A stretch of 64,000 nucleotides of DNA, taken from an uncultured Aliarcobacter sp. (GTDB taxonomy: Bacteria > Campylobacterota > Campylobacteria > Campylobacterales > Arcobacteraceae). The translations under genes and the position numbers were made by a program. Below, in pieces: positions 8,832-23,076 of this stretch. The stretch is taken from NCBI GenBank assembly GCA_963664305.2, contig CAXXLV010000001.1, positions 160,001-224,000 on the forward strand, in the 5' to 3' direction. The notes under the pieces are model-generated. The model saw nothing but the letters and a program-made list of their open reading frames with translations. It had not been told where the DNA came from and ran no database searches. Every line of letters starts with the position of its first letter. The stretch's first letter is position 1.

Positions 8832-10607
8832 CTACTTTTCTTTAATTTTTGTGTATAAATTTAAATCATTTATTAATTTTTCATCAGTTTTATATTTTAA
8901 AGTAAGATGAGAATTTAAACTTGAGATTTCATTATTTTTATCTAAAAAATCAAAAAGTCTTTCTAATGAAAACTCTAAATTATTTTCACTAAAATACTCT
9001 TCTATTTTATTAAACATAAGTAAATCTTCATCATAATCTAGAGTTAGTCTGTAATCTCTAACTAAATTACTTGGTAACTCAACAAAATTTAAATGGAAAT
9101 ACTCTGCATTATTTTGAAAATACCATGTCATATATTCTGAATACTTTGCATTAGGAAAATATTTTTTAACTTTTTTTAGTGCACTTGTATTAATAATTTC
9201 TAGATTTGTTCCTACTGCTGCATCTTTTGCCGTTGTATAATCTGCTCCTAATTTAAAATGTTCTGCTAATAGAAAATCAAAAATCTCTGAACTTATATAA
9301 GGCATATCTGCTGTAATTCTTACAATTACATCTATTTTTAAAGTATCAATTACATCTAAATATCTTTTGATTACATCGTCTGGATCACCTGTATGGAAAA
9401 CCACACTACTATTGTATGTATAGTTTGATAATTCTTTATCTTGTTCATTATCTGAAGTAGCTAAAATTACATGATTTAAGTTATCAAACTTCATTGTATT
9501 TTTTAAACACAATTCAACTGAAGATAAATCTCCAATTTTTAAAAGTGCTTTTTGAGGTAATCTTGTTGACTTTAAACGACAAGCAATTACTGCTGCAATA
9601 TTAGCTTTTTTAAAATCTTCTTTCTTTAAAGTTTCATTTTCACTTTTATCAGTATTTAAAATATGATATGTTTTTAATAACTCTTTTATTTCATGAGATA
9701 ATAAACCTTTTTTATTTGTTCTTCTAAAAATAATATCTTCATCAAAATTAATTAAACTATATTTTTCTTTTTTTGATTTTAAAATAGGAACTTGATAAGT
9801 TGTATTAATATAGTTTTTTTCTGCTTCATTTAAAAAAGGGCTATCTAATAAACTATAATATTTTTTTTGTTTTCCAATCAAATTTTTATAATCAGAAATT
9901 ACAACACTAGAAAAATGATCATATTTTGTTTCTAATTGACTATGCATAATATGTTTCTCAATATAATTTGCACCATTCATCATTGCAATTAAAGGTAAAA
10001 GAATTGCATCTTCGTCTTTTCCATTTATATGGTCTGCAAAAACAATTTTATTAGCGTAGTTTTCTTTTAAGTAGCTGATTTTTGATAAACCTGAGTCTTC
10101 TAATTTTGTAGGATAAGCTTGAAAACCTACTTCAAGAAGAATTTCATTTGAGTTTAAAGAATTAAATCTATTTAAAATACTATCAATATCTTCTTTTTCT
10201 CTACCAGCTATATTAATAATTAATTTCTGAGAAGATAAATCTATTTTTTGTAATTCTTTAAAAATAATATTATTATCTAAAATAGATGTTTGTAACTTAA
10301 TTCCCTTTACTTTACTTAAGTTCTCTTTTATTATTTCAATACCATATTCATCAAATAGATCAATCCATACATCTTTTGTTTCAAAAGCTTTGTCAATTAT
10401 TTTTTTCCACTCATCTTTATTAAAAAACAATTCTGTATATACCTGATACCATTCATAATCTTCAGTTGCGATAGTGTTATATTTAAATGGCTGAAATTTT
10501 ATTCCAAAGTTATCTTCTTTTTTAAATTCTTCATACTCTTTTAATAAAGAAAATAAATAGTTTATATCTCCTGCATGAGTATTTGCTACTTCTAAAATAT
10601 TATACAT
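8832..10607 (-). CDS. Fusion of an N-terminal NeuB-like (nonulosonate synthase) domain and a C-terminal SpsF/PseF-like cytidylyltransferase
   Basis: N-terminal: LEVANTHAGD, KFQ, AYPT, FADH, IEKH, DHFSS. C-terminal: IACRLKSTRLPQKAL, VRITADMP, YRLTLDYDEDL. Confidence 0.8.
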   Translation of the reverse strand: MYNILEVANTHAGDINYLFSLLKEYEEFKKEDNFGIKFQPFKYNTIATEDYEWYQVYTELFFNKDEWKKIIDKAFETKDVWIDLFDEYGIEIIKENLSKVKGIKLQTSILDNNIIFKELQKIDLSSQKLIINIAGREKEDIDSILNRFNSLNSNEILLEVGFQAYPTKLEDSGLSKISYLKENYANKIVFADHINGKDEDAILLPLIAMMNGANYIEKHIMHSQLETKYDHFSSVVISDYKNLIGKQKKYYSLLDSPFLNEAEKNYINTTYQVPILKSKKEKYSLINFDEDIIFRRTNKKGLLSHEIKELLKTYHILNTDKSENETLKKEDFKKANIAAVIACRLKSTRLPQKALLKIGDLSSVELCLKNTMKFDNLNHVILATSDNEQDKELSNYTYNSSVVFHTGDPDDVIKRYLDVIDTLKIDVIVRITADMPYISSEIFDFLLAEHFKLGADYTTAKDAAVGTNLEIINTSALKKVKKYFPNAKYSEYMTWYFQNNAEYFHLNFVELPSNLVRDYRLTLDYDEDLLMFNKIEEYFSENNLEFSLERLFDFLDKNNEISSLNSHLTLKYKTDEKLINDLNLYTKIKEK

Positions 10608-11733
10608 TGATTATTTCCTTTAAAGTTTTAATTACAAATTCTTGCTCTGTATCACTTAATAAAGGATAAAGAGGTAAAGAAAAACATTGTTCATAGTATT
10701 CATCCATAATAGGTGTTATTTCATTACCATAACCTAAAGATTTATAATAAGGTTGTTTATTTATAGGTATATAATGAACTTGTATTCCAATATTCTTTTC
10801 TCTTAATTTAAAAAATAATTCTTCTTTTGTAGTATTACTTTTTGAGAAATCTACTTTTACTACATAAAGATGATATGAAGATTTATTATCAAAGAAGTAT
10901 AAAGGATTAATATTTGTGTTTTTAAAGGCTTCATCATACTTTTGTGCAAGTTTTTTTCTTCGTTCTATAAAACTATCAAGCTTTTTAAGTTGAGACAAAC
11001 CTAAAGCACACTGAATATCTGTTATTCTATAGTTATAGCCTAATTCTACCATTTGATATTCCCAAGGTTTCATATCCTCAGTTTTTGACATTCCATGAGA
11101 TCTTAATAAAAGAAGTTTTTCATAAATTTCTTTACTATTAGTTGTAATAGCACCACCTTCTGCAGTAGTAAGATGTTTAACTGGATGAAAAGATAATATA
11201 CTACAATCACTATTTGTACAACTACCTGCCTTAATATTATTATCAATTGCCCCTATAGAATGAGCACAATCTTCTAAAACTTTTATATTATAAGTTTCTC
11301 TAAGATATTTTAATTTTTCCTGATTTATAGGGTTCCCTGAGAAATGTACTGCATAAATAGCTTTAATTTTAGGATCATCTTTCAGTTTTTCTTCACACAA
11401 ATCTAAATCAATATTACCATCAGAACATATATCTACAAATATCGGTTTTGCTTGTGCATATAAAATTGAGTTTGAAGTAGCTAAAAAAGAGTTTGGTGTT
11501 GTTAAAACTTTATCTTCTTTTTCTAATAAACATAATGAAGCAATATGTAAAGCAGCTGTTCCATTAGCAACTGCAACACAATATTTTGCTTCACAATAAG
11601 AAGCTATAGCTTCTTCAAATTGTTTTATTATTGGTCCTGTTGTTAAATAATCTGATTTTAGAGTATTCACAACTTCTAAAATATCATTTTCATCTATATA
11701 TTGTTTACCATAAGGAATAAAACTATTATTCAT
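10600..11733 (-). CDS. pseC: UDP-4-amino-4,6-dideoxy-N-acetyl-beta-L-altrosamine transaminase
   Basis: FIPYGKQYI, LTTGP, EDCAHSIG, SFHPVKHLTTAEGG (PLP Lys), GYNYRITDIQCALG. Confidence 0.93.
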   Translation of the reverse strand: MNNSFIPYGKQYIDENDILEVVNTLKSDYLTTGPIIKQFEEAIASYCEAKYCVAVANGTAALHIASLCLLEKEDKVLTTPNSFLATSNSILYAQAKPIFVDICSDGNIDLDLCEEKLKDDPKIKAIYAVHFSGNPINQEKLKYLRETYNIKVLEDCAHSIGAIDNNIKAGSCTNSDCSILSFHPVKHLTTAEGGAITTNSKEIYEKLLLLRSHGMSKTEDMKPWEYQMVELGYNYRITDIQCALGLSQLKKLDSFIERRKKLAQKYDEAFKNTNINPLYFFDNKSSYHLYVVKVDFSKSNTTKEELFFKLREKNIGIQVHYIPINKQPYYKSLGYGNEITPIMDEYYEQCFSLPLYPLLSDTEQEFVIKTLKEIINV

Positions 11734-11734
11734 T

Positions 11735-14466
<2,732 letters not shown>

Positions 14467-14517
14467 TTAAAATTAAACCTTATTTGAGATATTAGAAATG
14501 AATTTATCATTTTTATT

Positions 14518-16533
14518 TTATTTACCATTATTAATTCCACCAAAAATTAAATTATCTATAAAATAACTTGCTTGTTCCAAACTTCCATCTAAACTATGAT
14601 GGTCATCATCTGCATAAAGCATTTTATCATCTTTTATAGCATAGCAATATTTATCATCACAATATAAATCTTTTGGGTCAAGAATATTTATATTTTTATA
14701 CTTCTTAGATAAATTATAAATGAAGTTTCTATATTCTCCTGCCCTATTTAAATATGAATCTAAAGTCAATCTACAATTATTTGGAAACAAATTAAAAGGT
14801 CTTATCATACAATTCTTTGGAGAAAATCCAAGTTCTGGATTTTCCATAAGATAATAAAACTTTACTTTCTTATTATTCTCAAAATATGAAAAAGTTTTTT
14901 CTACTACTTCAAAAAAGTTCTGCTTTTGATTATAATCTTTTAGATTATCAAAAAAGTCTTCATAATGGTAATTCCAATTTTTTCCACCTCTTTCAATAAC
15001 TCCAAAACCTACATCATACATATAACCCATTCTAGTTGTCAGAATAACTTTTTGAATATTCAAGTTAGTATTTATTAACGCATAAACAGTTTCGATTTTT
15101 TTCCTACATTGGTTTAAATCAGCAATACTTTTACCCATAGGTCCATTTAAGTAAGTAGGGCAAGATGAATTTGCTAAAAGTATAGTTTCATATCCATACT
15201 TTTTAAATTCTTCAGCAAATCCATGATATGAAGTATGAGCATGGCTATCTCCTATGATTAAAACATATTTTTTATATACTTCATCTGAAGTTGATTTTAT
15301 ATAGTCATTTAATGGTTTGTATCCTAAAGTTTTCGTAAGTAAAGATACCCCTAATTCATTCTGTGCTGGAGTTCTAATAAACTGTTTTACAAACTTTTCA
15401 TTTAATTCAAGATGAGTTCTATTTGGTAATCCATCTTTTTTTGCAATATAATTTCCCAAAATACTAATAATCAAAACTATTATAATCAAAATAAATGCAA
15501 ACGAGTAACTGCTTTTTGCTCTTGCATAAATTTCAATATACCTATATGTAAAATATGCTAACAATATAGATAAAAATATAAGTATTAATCCCATATTTAT
15601 ATCTATTTCAAATCCAAATATATGTGCAAAACTTATTATTACATAATGCCATAAATATAAAGGAAAACTAATAAGTCCTATAAACACTAAAATACTATTA
15701 GAAAATATTGTTTTTGTTTTATCATAAGATAAGCTTAAAATTAATATAGCACTAAAAAAGACTATTATAAATGTTTTATAAGTATTAAAAGAAATATTAT
15801 TGTATGAAATTATAATTGAAATGAAAAATGATATATATATTAAAGTCTTATATTTATTCAATATCTCAAAAACATTTTTATGTTTATAAGAAATTATAAA
15901 TACTAATCCGCCAAGAGCTAATTCCCAAACACGAGATAAAGTGTGATAGAATTTATCAAATTCACCTACTAAGGATAAAGCAAAAAGTATCAAAAATAGT
16001 ATTGTTAATGAATGAACTATATTTAATCTTATTTTATATAAAAGTATTAAAACAATTGGCCAAAATATATAAAATTGTTCCTCAATAGCTAAAGACCAAA
16101 AATGTAAAAGTGGTTTTAAAATTGCAGATTGATCCCAATATCCTACTTCTTTAATTAATCTAAAATTTTCATAAAACAATGCTGATGATTTTATATGTGC
16201 CCCAAGTTGTTTTAATTCACTTGGAAACATAAATAAGTAGCCAACAGCCAATGTTATAATAAGCACTACAATTAAAGTTGGAAAGATTCTTCTTACACGG
16301 TTTCTATAAAATTCTTTTAAAGAAAAAACATTTGACTCTAATTTTGTATATATTATTTGTGTAATCAAATATCCTGACAATACAAAAAAAACATCAACGC
16401 CAACATAGCCAAAAGAAAAACTCTCTGGCCATATATGAAATAAAAGGACTAGAGATATTGCAATACCTCTTAATCCATCAATAGAAGGATTATATTTTAA
16501 ACTATGATTAACTACTGGAATAAATGTTCTCAA
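14518..16533 (-). CDS. OafA/OatA-like O-acyltransferase (AT3 + SGNH domains)
   Basis: IDGLRGIA, GVDVFFVLSGYLI, HFWSLAIEEQFY, ISFPLYLWH; C-terminal IGDSHA and DDHHS. Confidence 0.9.
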   Translation of the reverse strand: MRTFIPVVNHSLKYNPSIDGLRGIAISLVLLFHIWPESFSFGYVGVDVFFVLSGYLITQIIYTKLESNVFSLKEFYRNRVRRIFPTLIVVLIITLAVGYLFMFPSELKQLGAHIKSSALFYENFRLIKEVGYWDQSAILKPLLHFWSLAIEEQFYIFWPIVLILLYKIRLNIVHSLTILFLILFALSLVGEFDKFYHTLSRVWELALGGLVFIISYKHKNVFEILNKYKTLIYISFFISIIISYNNISFNTYKTFIIVFFSAILILSLSYDKTKTIFSNSILVFIGLISFPLYLWHYVIISFAHIFGFEIDINMGLILIFLSILLAYFTYRYIEIYARAKSSYSFAFILIIIVLIISILGNYIAKKDGLPNRTHLELNEKFVKQFIRTPAQNELGVSLLTKTLGYKPLNDYIKSTSDEVYKKYVLIIGDSHAHTSYHGFAEEFKKYGYETILLANSSCPTYLNGPMGKSIADLNQCRKKIETVYALINTNLNIQKVILTTRMGYMYDVGFGVIERGGKNWNYHYEDFFDNLKDYNQKQNFFEVVEKTFSYFENNKKVKFYYLMENPELGFSPKNCMIRPFNLFPNNCRLTLDSYLNRAGEYRNFIYNLSKKYKNINILDPKDLYCDDKYCYAIKDDKMLYADDDHHSLDGSLEQASYFIDNLIFGGINNGK

Positions 16534-16535
16534 CT

Positions 16536-17624
16536 TTATAAATTCTCAACAATATATTCTATTTCCTCATCTGTTAAATAAGGATTCATAGGTAAACTCA
16601 TGATTTCGTTTGACACATCTTCAGAAATTGGGAAATCACCTTTTTTATAGCCAAGATATTCAAAACACTCTTGTAAATGTAATGGCATTGGATAATGCAC
16701 TGCTGTTGGAATCTCAGCAAGTTTTAATTTTTCTTGTAAATTATCTCTATTTTTTAATCTTACAGAGTATTGAGCCCAAGCAGATGTAGCCTTTTCATCT
16801 ACAAATGGAAGTACTAAATTTGCTTTAGATTCTAATGCTTTTGTATATTTAGAAGCTACTTCTTGTCTTAAAGCCAAATCTTTTGGATAATATTTTAGTT
16901 TTACATTTAAAACAGCTGCTTGTATAGTATCAAGCCTTCCACCCATTCCTATATATTTATGATGGTATCTTTTTGATTGACCATGAAGTCTCAAACTTTT
17001 CATTTTAATTGCTATTTCTTCATCATTTGTAAAAACAGCTCCTCCATCTCCATAGCACCCAAGAGGTTTTGCAGGGAAAAATGAAGTTGTTGATATATCA
17101 CCTAAATTAGAATCCATAATTCCACCATAAGTACTTCCAAAACTTTGAGCACCATCTATTATTACTTTTAAGTTGTGTTTTTTAGCAATTTCACTTATTT
17201 TATCTATACCAGCTGGTTGCCCGTAAAGTGATACAGGAATTATTGCTTTTGTTTTAGGTGTTATTTTTTCTTCTATTAAATCAGGATTTATATTGTAAGT
17301 TTTCTCATCAATATCAACAAATACAGGAGTTGCTCCTAAAAATGCTATTGTTTCAGCAGTTGCAATAAAGGTAAATGGTGTAGTTATTACTTCATCTCCT
17401 GGTTTTATATCAAGTGCCATCATAGCAAGTAATAATGCATCTGTACCATTACTACAAGATACAGCATATTTTACACCTGTAAATTCTTCAAGATTCTTTT
17501 CTAACTCTTGAACTTCATTTCCCATAATAAAGTTACAATTTCTAGCAACTTTTAAAATTGCTTCTTCTATCTCATCTTTATATAATTCATGTTGATAGTG
17601 TAAGTTTGCAAAATCAATCTTCAT
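16536..17624 (-). CDS. wbpE: DegT/DnrJ aminotransferase, WbpE/WlbC type
   Basis: NGTDALL, TTPFTFIATAE, IDGAQSFG, SFFPAKPLGCYGDGG; adjacent to wbpD and wbpB. ATG at 17624 preferred over GTG at 17630. Confidence 0.85.
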   Translation of the reverse strand: MKIDFANLHYQHELYKDEIEEAILKVARNCNFIMGNEVQELEKNLEEFTGVKYAVSCSNGTDALLLAMMALDIKPGDEVITTPFTFIATAETIAFLGATPVFVDIDEKTYNINPDLIEEKITPKTKAIIPVSLYGQPAGIDKISEIAKKHNLKVIIDGAQSFGSTYGGIMDSNLGDISTTSFFPAKPLGCYGDGGAVFTNDEEIAIKMKSLRLHGQSKRYHHKYIGMGGRLDTIQAAVLNVKLKYYPKDLALRQEVASKYTKALESKANLVLPFVDEKATSAWAQYSVRLKNRDNLQEKLKLAEIPTAVHYPMPLHLQECFEYLGYKKGDFPISEDVSNEIMSLPMNPYLTDEEIEYIVENL

Positions 17625-17626
17625 TT

Positions 17627-18205
17627 TCACTCTTCTATTAAAATTAAATTATCATTTTCTATTTTATATTTACTATTATCAAAGCTATCAATAGCAATAT
17701 TACTTTCATCAAATTTTAAAGTATTTCCAGCTTTTGAAACCCAACCAATTTGACGTGCAGGAACTCCTACCATAAGGGCATATGGCTTAACATCTTTATT
17801 TACAACTGTTCCACTTCCAATAAGAGCATATTCACCAATAGTTACACCACAAACAATAGTTGCATTTGCTCCAATAGAACATCCTTTTTTAAGAATTGTT
17901 TTTTTAAACTCTTCACGTCTAACAATAAATGCTCTTGGATTTGTAACGTTCGTAAAAACCATTGAAGGTCCTAAAAATACATCATCTTCTACTTTTACAC
18001 CTTCGTAAATAGATATATTGTTCTGAACCTTTACACCATTTCCAATATTTACTTTAGGTCCAACAACGCAGTTTTGTCCAAAAGAACAATTACTTCCAAT
18101 ATTTGAACCACTTAAAATATGTGAAAAATGCCATATTTTAGTATCATCCCCAATAATTACATTATCATCTACATAAGATGACTCGTGAGCAAAATAAGAA
18201 GCCAT
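17627..18205 (-). CDS. wbpD: Hexapeptide N-acetyltransferase, WbpD/WlbB type
   Basis: [40 protein letters not shown]. Confidence 0.88.
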   Translation of the reverse strand: MASYFAHESSYVDDNVIIGDDTKIWHFSHILSGSNIGSNCSFGQNCVVGPKVNIGNGVKVQNNISIYEGVKVEDDVFLGPSMVFTNVTNPRAFIVRREEFKKTILKKGCSIGANATIVCGVTIGEYALIGSGTVVNKDVKPYALMVGVPARQIGWVSKAGNTLKFDESNIAIDSFDNSKYKIENDNLILIEE

Positions 18206-19173
18206 TAGATTAATACCTTTTTACAGAAAGGATGATATTCCCCATTTAATCCAAGAGGAGTTAGTTTTCTAATAACTGAAACAATATTTATAGAATTTCT
18301 AGCTTCCTCAAGTCCGAATCCACCACCATTTAAGATATGTTCATAAGATCTTGTATGTAAATCTGTAAATCCTTCTGAGAATTCAAACTCTTCACCATCA
18401 ACTGTTATACTTCTAAAAGTTGTTTTTCCACTAGCTTTTATATCTTCTGGAATATAATTGTAATTTACACTTAAAAACCATCTTACATTTGCATTTTTAA
18501 GTTTCATAAATCCTGCATTTGCATCTGCTTCTTTTAAATGAACAATATTTTCCTCTATAGGTCCAAATATCCAAGATAACATATCAAAAAAGTGAACACC
18601 AATATTTGATGCAATTCCACCTGATTTTGCTTCATCACCTTTCCAAGAAACAAAGTACCATTTTCCTCTACTTGTAAGATAAGTTAAATCTATATCATAA
18701 ACTTTATTTGGATTTTGTTCTAATTCTTTTGCTATTTTTTCTTTTAATGCAATGATTGAATCATGAAGTCTTAGTTGTAAAATATTATAAACCTTTTTAC
18801 CAGTTTCTTCTTCTATTATTTTTAATTGATCGATATTATGTGGATTTAAAACTAATGGTTTCTCACATATTGCATGAGCACCATTTTTAAGTGCAAATCT
18901 TATATGAGAATCATGTAAATAATTTGGAGTTGTAATTCCAATATATTCTATTTTTTTATTACCATCTCTATGCCATTTATCAACAAATCTATCAAATCTT
19001 TCAAACTCAGTAAAAAAATGAGCTTGTGGAAAGTTACTATCCATTATTCCAATACCATCATAAGGATCAAGAGCAGCAACTAAATCATTCCCTGTTTCTT
19101 TTATCGCTTTCATATGTCTTGGTGCAATATATCCTGATGCACCTATAAGTGCAAAATTCTTTTTATTTGGCAT
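18205..19173 (-). CDS. wbpB: UDP-HexNAcA 3-dehydrogenase, WbpB/WlbA type (Gfo/Idh/MocA)
   Basis: [45 protein letters not shown]. Start set at ATG 19173 after RBS GGGAG. Confidence 0.88.
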   Translation of the reverse strand: MPNKKNFALIGASGYIAPRHMKAIKETGNDLVAALDPYDGIGIMDSNFPQAHFFTEFERFDRFVDKWHRDGNKKIEYIGITTPNYLHDSHIRFALKNGAHAICEKPLVLNPHNIDQLKIIEEETGKKVYNILQLRLHDSIIALKEKIAKELEQNPNKVYDIDLTYLTSRGKWYFVSWKGDEAKSGGIASNIGVHFFDMLSWIFGPIEENIVHLKEADANAGFMKLKNANVRWFLSVNYNYIPEDIKASGKTTFRSITVDGEEFEFSEGFTDLHTRSYEHILNGGGFGLEEARNSINIVSVIRKLTPLGLNGEYHPFCKKVLI

Positions 19174-19174
19174 T

Positions 19175-20422
19175 TTATAATCTCCCATCGCTATCTTTTA
19201 AAATACCTTTGATATCATAAATAACTTGATTTTCATTTTCAAAAGTTAAAGTTTTATATTTATCATGTGATACTGCCATCACAACTGCTTCATAATCATC
19301 GAAATTAACATCATTATCTAAATTTAAATTATATTCATGTCTTACTTCTTCTTTATCTGCCCAATAATCTGACACAGTAATATCACATCCAAATTCTTTC
19401 AATTCTTCTATTACATCAATTACTCTACTATTTCTTATATCAGGACAATTTTCTTTAAAAGTAATTCCAAGAACCAATACCTTTGAACCTTCTATCTTAT
19501 GACCTTTTTTTATCATAAGTTTTATAACCTGATTTGCTACATAAATTCCCATATTATCATTTAATCGTCTTCCAGCTAGAATAATTTCAGGGTTATAACC
19601 TATACTTTGAGCTTTATGAGTTAAATAGTATGGATCAACACCAATACAGTGTCCTCCTACAAGACCTGGTCTAAATGGTAAAAAGTTCCATTTTGTTCCA
19701 GCAGCTGCTAACACATCATTTGTATTGATTCCAAGTTTATTAAAAATGATTGCTAATTCATTTACAAAGGCTATATTTATATCTCTTTGAGAGTTCTCTA
19801 TAACTTTTGCAGCTTCTGCAACTTTTATAGTAGGTGCTAAATGAGTACCTGCTGTTATAATACTAGCATATAGTTCATTCACTTTTTTACCAATTTCAGG
19901 GGTACTTCCTGATGTTACTTTAAGTATTTTAGTTACAGTATGTTCTTTGTCTCCTGGATTAATTCTTTCTGGACTATATCCACAGAAGAAATCAATATTA
20001 AAAGTCAATCCTGAAAATTTCTCTAGAACGGGAACACAGTCTTCTTCTGTAGCTCCTGGATAAACAGTTGATTCGTAGATAACAATATCATCTTTTTTAA
20101 GCACTTTTCCTATCGTTTCACTAGCTTTTATAAGAGGAGTTAAATCTGGTCTTTTATTTTTATCTATTGGTGTTGGAACGGTTACTATGTAAATATTACA
20201 GTCTTCTATATCTTTTGTATCAAGAGTAAATTTCATACCATTTTTTATAGCTTCTTTTACTTGATTTTCTGATAATTCTAAAGTTCTATCATAACCACTC
20301 GACAATTCATCAATTCTCCATTTTGATATATCAAATCCTACTACTTGATATTTTGAAGAAAATGCATGAGCTAGAGGAAGCCCAACATATCCAAGACCTA
20401 TTACACAAATTTTATTTCCCAT
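19175..20422 (-). CDS. wbpO: UDP-N-acetylhexosamine 6-dehydrogenase (WbpO/TviB type)
   Basis: [49 protein letters not shown]. Start at ATG 20422 after AAGGAG. Confidence 0.85.
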   Translation of the reverse strand: MGNKICVIGLGYVGLPLAHAFSSKYQVVGFDISKWRIDELSSGYDRTLELSENQVKEAIKNGMKFTLDTKDIEDCNIYIVTVPTPIDKNKRPDLTPLIKASETIGKVLKKDDIVIYESTVYPGATEEDCVPVLEKFSGLTFNIDFFCGYSPERINPGDKEHTVTKILKVTSGSTPEIGKKVNELYASIITAGTHLAPTIKVAEAAKVIENSQRDINIAFVNELAIIFNKLGINTNDVLAAAGTKWNFLPFRPGLVGGHCIGVDPYYLTHKAQSIGYNPEIILAGRRLNDNMGIYVANQVIKLMIKKGHKIEGSKVLVLGITFKENCPDIRNSRVIDVIEELKEFGCDITVSDYWADKEEVRHEYNLNLDNDVNFDDYEAVVMAVSHDKYKTLTFENENQVIYDIKGILKDSDGRL

Positions 20423-20423
20423 T

Positions 20424-21458
20424 TTATTTAACTCCTTTAATATCATTTATATACCAATTCAAAGATTCTTTTAATCCATCTTCTAAACAATGCGTAGGTT
20501 CATATCCTAAAAGCTTTTTTGCTTGATCTATATTTGCATTCGAATGCCTTATATCTCCAACTCTAAAATCTCTATAAATCGCATCCTTGATTTTTAATTC
20601 TGGTAATTTTTCTTCTAAACCTTTTTTTATTGCACTAAAAAGATTATTTAAAGTTTCTCTGCCACCTGCAGCTATATTATAGGCTTTCGCAAAAGCTTCA
20701 GTATTTGTTGTGATTCCGGCTAATATATTTGCCTGAACAACATTATCAATATATGTAAAATCTCTACTTGTCTCACCATCTCCATTTATAAAAACATCTT
20801 CATTGTTTAACATAGAAGATATCCACTTTGGCATTACAGCAGCATACGCACCATTTGGATCCTGTCTTTTTCCAAAAACATTAAAATATCTAAGTCCTAT
20901 TGATTCAAATCCATAACACTTATAAAAAACACCCATATAAAGTTCATTTACATATTTGGTAACTGCATAAGGAGATAATAAATTTCCAGTTTTATTTTCT
21001 ATTTTCGGTAATTCTAAACTATCTCCATAAACTGAAGAGCTAGAAGCGTAAACAAATCTTTTTACGCCATTATCTTTAGAAGCTGTAAGCATATTTAAAA
21101 ATCCACTTACATTTGAAGCATTCGAATTTATTGGATTATCTATTGATCTAGGAACAGAACCAAGTGCTGCTTGATGAAGGACAATATCTATATTCTTTGT
21201 TATTTCAACACAAGTGTTATAATTTGTAATGTCACCTTCTAGAAAATTAAAATTATTCCATTGTTCTTTTGATATAGAATTTTTTACATGTTCTAAATTG
21301 TGTTTATATCCAGTCGAAAAATTATCAAGCCCAACTACTTTTTGATTTAATTGTAAAAGTGTTTCAATTAAATTCGAACCAATAAATCCCGCACAACCTG
21401 TAATTAACCATGTTTGTGGATTTTCTACTAGTTTTTGTTTTATCTCATTATATCTCAT
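20424..21458 (-). CDS. wbpP: UDP-GlcNAc(A) 4-epimerase (WbpP/TviC type)
   Basis: [53 protein letters not shown]. Confidence 0.88.
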   Translation of the reverse strand: MRYNEIKQKLVENPQTWLITGCAGFIGSNLIETLLQLNQKVVGLDNFSTGYKHNLEHVKNSISKEQWNNFNFLEGDITNYNTCVEITKNIDIVLHQAALGSVPRSIDNPINSNASNVSGFLNMLTASKDNGVKRFVYASSSSVYGDSLELPKIENKTGNLLSPYAVTKYVNELYMGVFYKCYGFESIGLRYFNVFGKRQDPNGAYAAVMPKWISSMLNNEDVFINGDGETSRDFTYIDNVVQANILAGITTNTEAFAKAYNIAAGGRETLNNLFSAIKKGLEEKLPELKIKDAIYRDFRVGDIRHSNANIDQAKKLLGYEPTHCLEDGLKESLNWYINDIKGVK

Positions 21459-22495
21459 TATATCTCATTCTTCTTACTTTTATACCCATCTGGATTATTG
21501 CTTTGCCATCTATAGCTATCAACACACATATCTTCCAAACTTCTTTCTGCTTTCCATCCAAGTACTTCTTTTGCATAAGATGGATTTGCATAACAAGTTG
21601 CTATATCTCCTGCTCTTCTATCTACTATTTTATATGGAATTTTTTTTTCACTTACTTTTTCAAAAGTTTTTACCATATCAAGTACACTATAACCTATTCC
21701 TGTTCCTAAATTTACTATTAATGGTTTCATTATATCTTTTGAGTTTAAATAATCTATTGCTTTTACATGTCCATTTGCCAAATCAACTACATGGATATAA
21801 TCTCTCACACCTGTTCCATCATGTGTATCATAATCTGTTCCTAAAATATTTAAATATTCTCTTTTTCCAACAGCTACTTGAGAAATATATGGCATTAGAT
21901 TATTTGGTATTCCATTTGGCTCTTCACCTATCAGTCCACTTTCATGTGCTCCAACTGGATTAAAGTATCTTAAAATTACAATTTTAAAAGAGTTATCTGA
22001 AAGATATAAATCTTTTAAAATTCTTTCTATCATATATTTACTTGTACCATATGGATTTGTTGTATTTCCTATTGGAAAATCTTCTTTTATAGGATTAGAT
22101 TTAGGATTTCCATATACAGTTGCTGAACTTGAAAAAACTATTTTTTTACAATTAAATTCTTTCATAACTTCAAGAAGTCTAATAGTTCCAACAATATTAT
22201 TATCATAATATTCTAAAGGTTTTTCTACTGATTCTCCAACAGCTTTTAATCCAGCAAAGTGGATAACAGAATCTATATCATATTTCTCAAATACTTTTTT
22301 TAAAAGTTCTTTATCTCTTATATCACCCTCTTCTAAAGAAATAGATTTATTTATAATTTTTTCTACTCTTTTAATACTTTCTTTTGAAGAATTTGATAAA
22401 TTATCATACACTACAAAATCATAACTCGCTTCACTTAAAGCAATAAGAGTATGAGAACCTATATATCCAGCTCCACCTGTTATTAATATAGACAT
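21458..22495 (-). CDS. galE: UDP-glucose 4-epimerase
   Basis: [56 protein letters not shown]. Confidence 0.95.
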   Translation of the reverse strand: MSILITGGAGYIGSHTLIALSEASYDFVVYDNLSNSSKESIKRVEKIINKSISLEEGDIRDKELLKKVFEKYDIDSVIHFAGLKAVGESVEKPLEYYDNNIVGTIRLLEVMKEFNCKKIVFSSSATVYGNPKSNPIKEDFPIGNTTNPYGTSKYMIERILKDLYLSDNSFKIVILRYFNPVGAHESGLIGEEPNGIPNNLMPYISQVAVGKREYLNILGTDYDTHDGTGVRDYIHVVDLANGHVKAIDYLNSKDIMKPLIVNLGTGIGYSVLDMVKTFEKVSEKKIPYKIVDRRAGDIATCYANPSYAKEVLGWKAERSLEDMCVDSYRWQSNNPDGYKSKKNEI

Positions 22496-22549
22496 TTATT
22501 TAACTCTTTATTTTGCAATGTATTTTCCTAATTAAAATTTTAGTTGGAT

Positions 22550-22558
22550 ATTATATCA
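22550..22558 (-). promoter_or_regulatory. Extended -10 sigma70 promoter (TGATATAAT) for the glycan operon
   Basis: Minus strand reads TGaTATAAT about 55 bp upstream of the galE ATG. Confidence 0.6.
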
Positions 22559-23076
22559 AATCAAATTACTCTTTTTTGACTTTTTTTAATCAAAAAAGTA
22601 ATTCAGATCTAAATCTCAATTAAATCTTATTTATTGTGTATTTTTGTAACTTTTGTGATTTATAGTTAATATTGTATTCAAATAATGCTGATAATTTGGT
22701 TATTTTTTATATTTATCTCAGACTTTATAAAAATAAAATTAGAGATAAATAGCTAATTATAATTACAATAAAAATTCAATGTAATATATCAAATTCCATT
22801 TTCATAGATTTATTTATCCTACAATAAAATATAATAATATAACACAAAAGACTCATAAAAGACTTTCTTTTCATTTTTTATATGAGATTAAATAAAAATT
22901 TTATCCAATAATTGTTACTTGTTTCACAAAAAAAGTTATTTATCAATCATTTTGTAGTTATAATTTAACTTTAATGACTCAAAAAATGGAGAAATGCAAC
23001 ATAAAAAGATGGAATATGAAACTATAAAAAACCCTAAAACTCCACAAAAAAGACTATAAAAAAATCACCTCAATTT

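Noticed and set aside
22604..23076. CRISPR, iteron or ncRNA in the AT-rich gap (ACTATAAAAAA twice, AAAAGACT repeats)
   Set aside because: Short, low-complexity and irregularly spaced; no array structure and no tRNA-derived att copy found.
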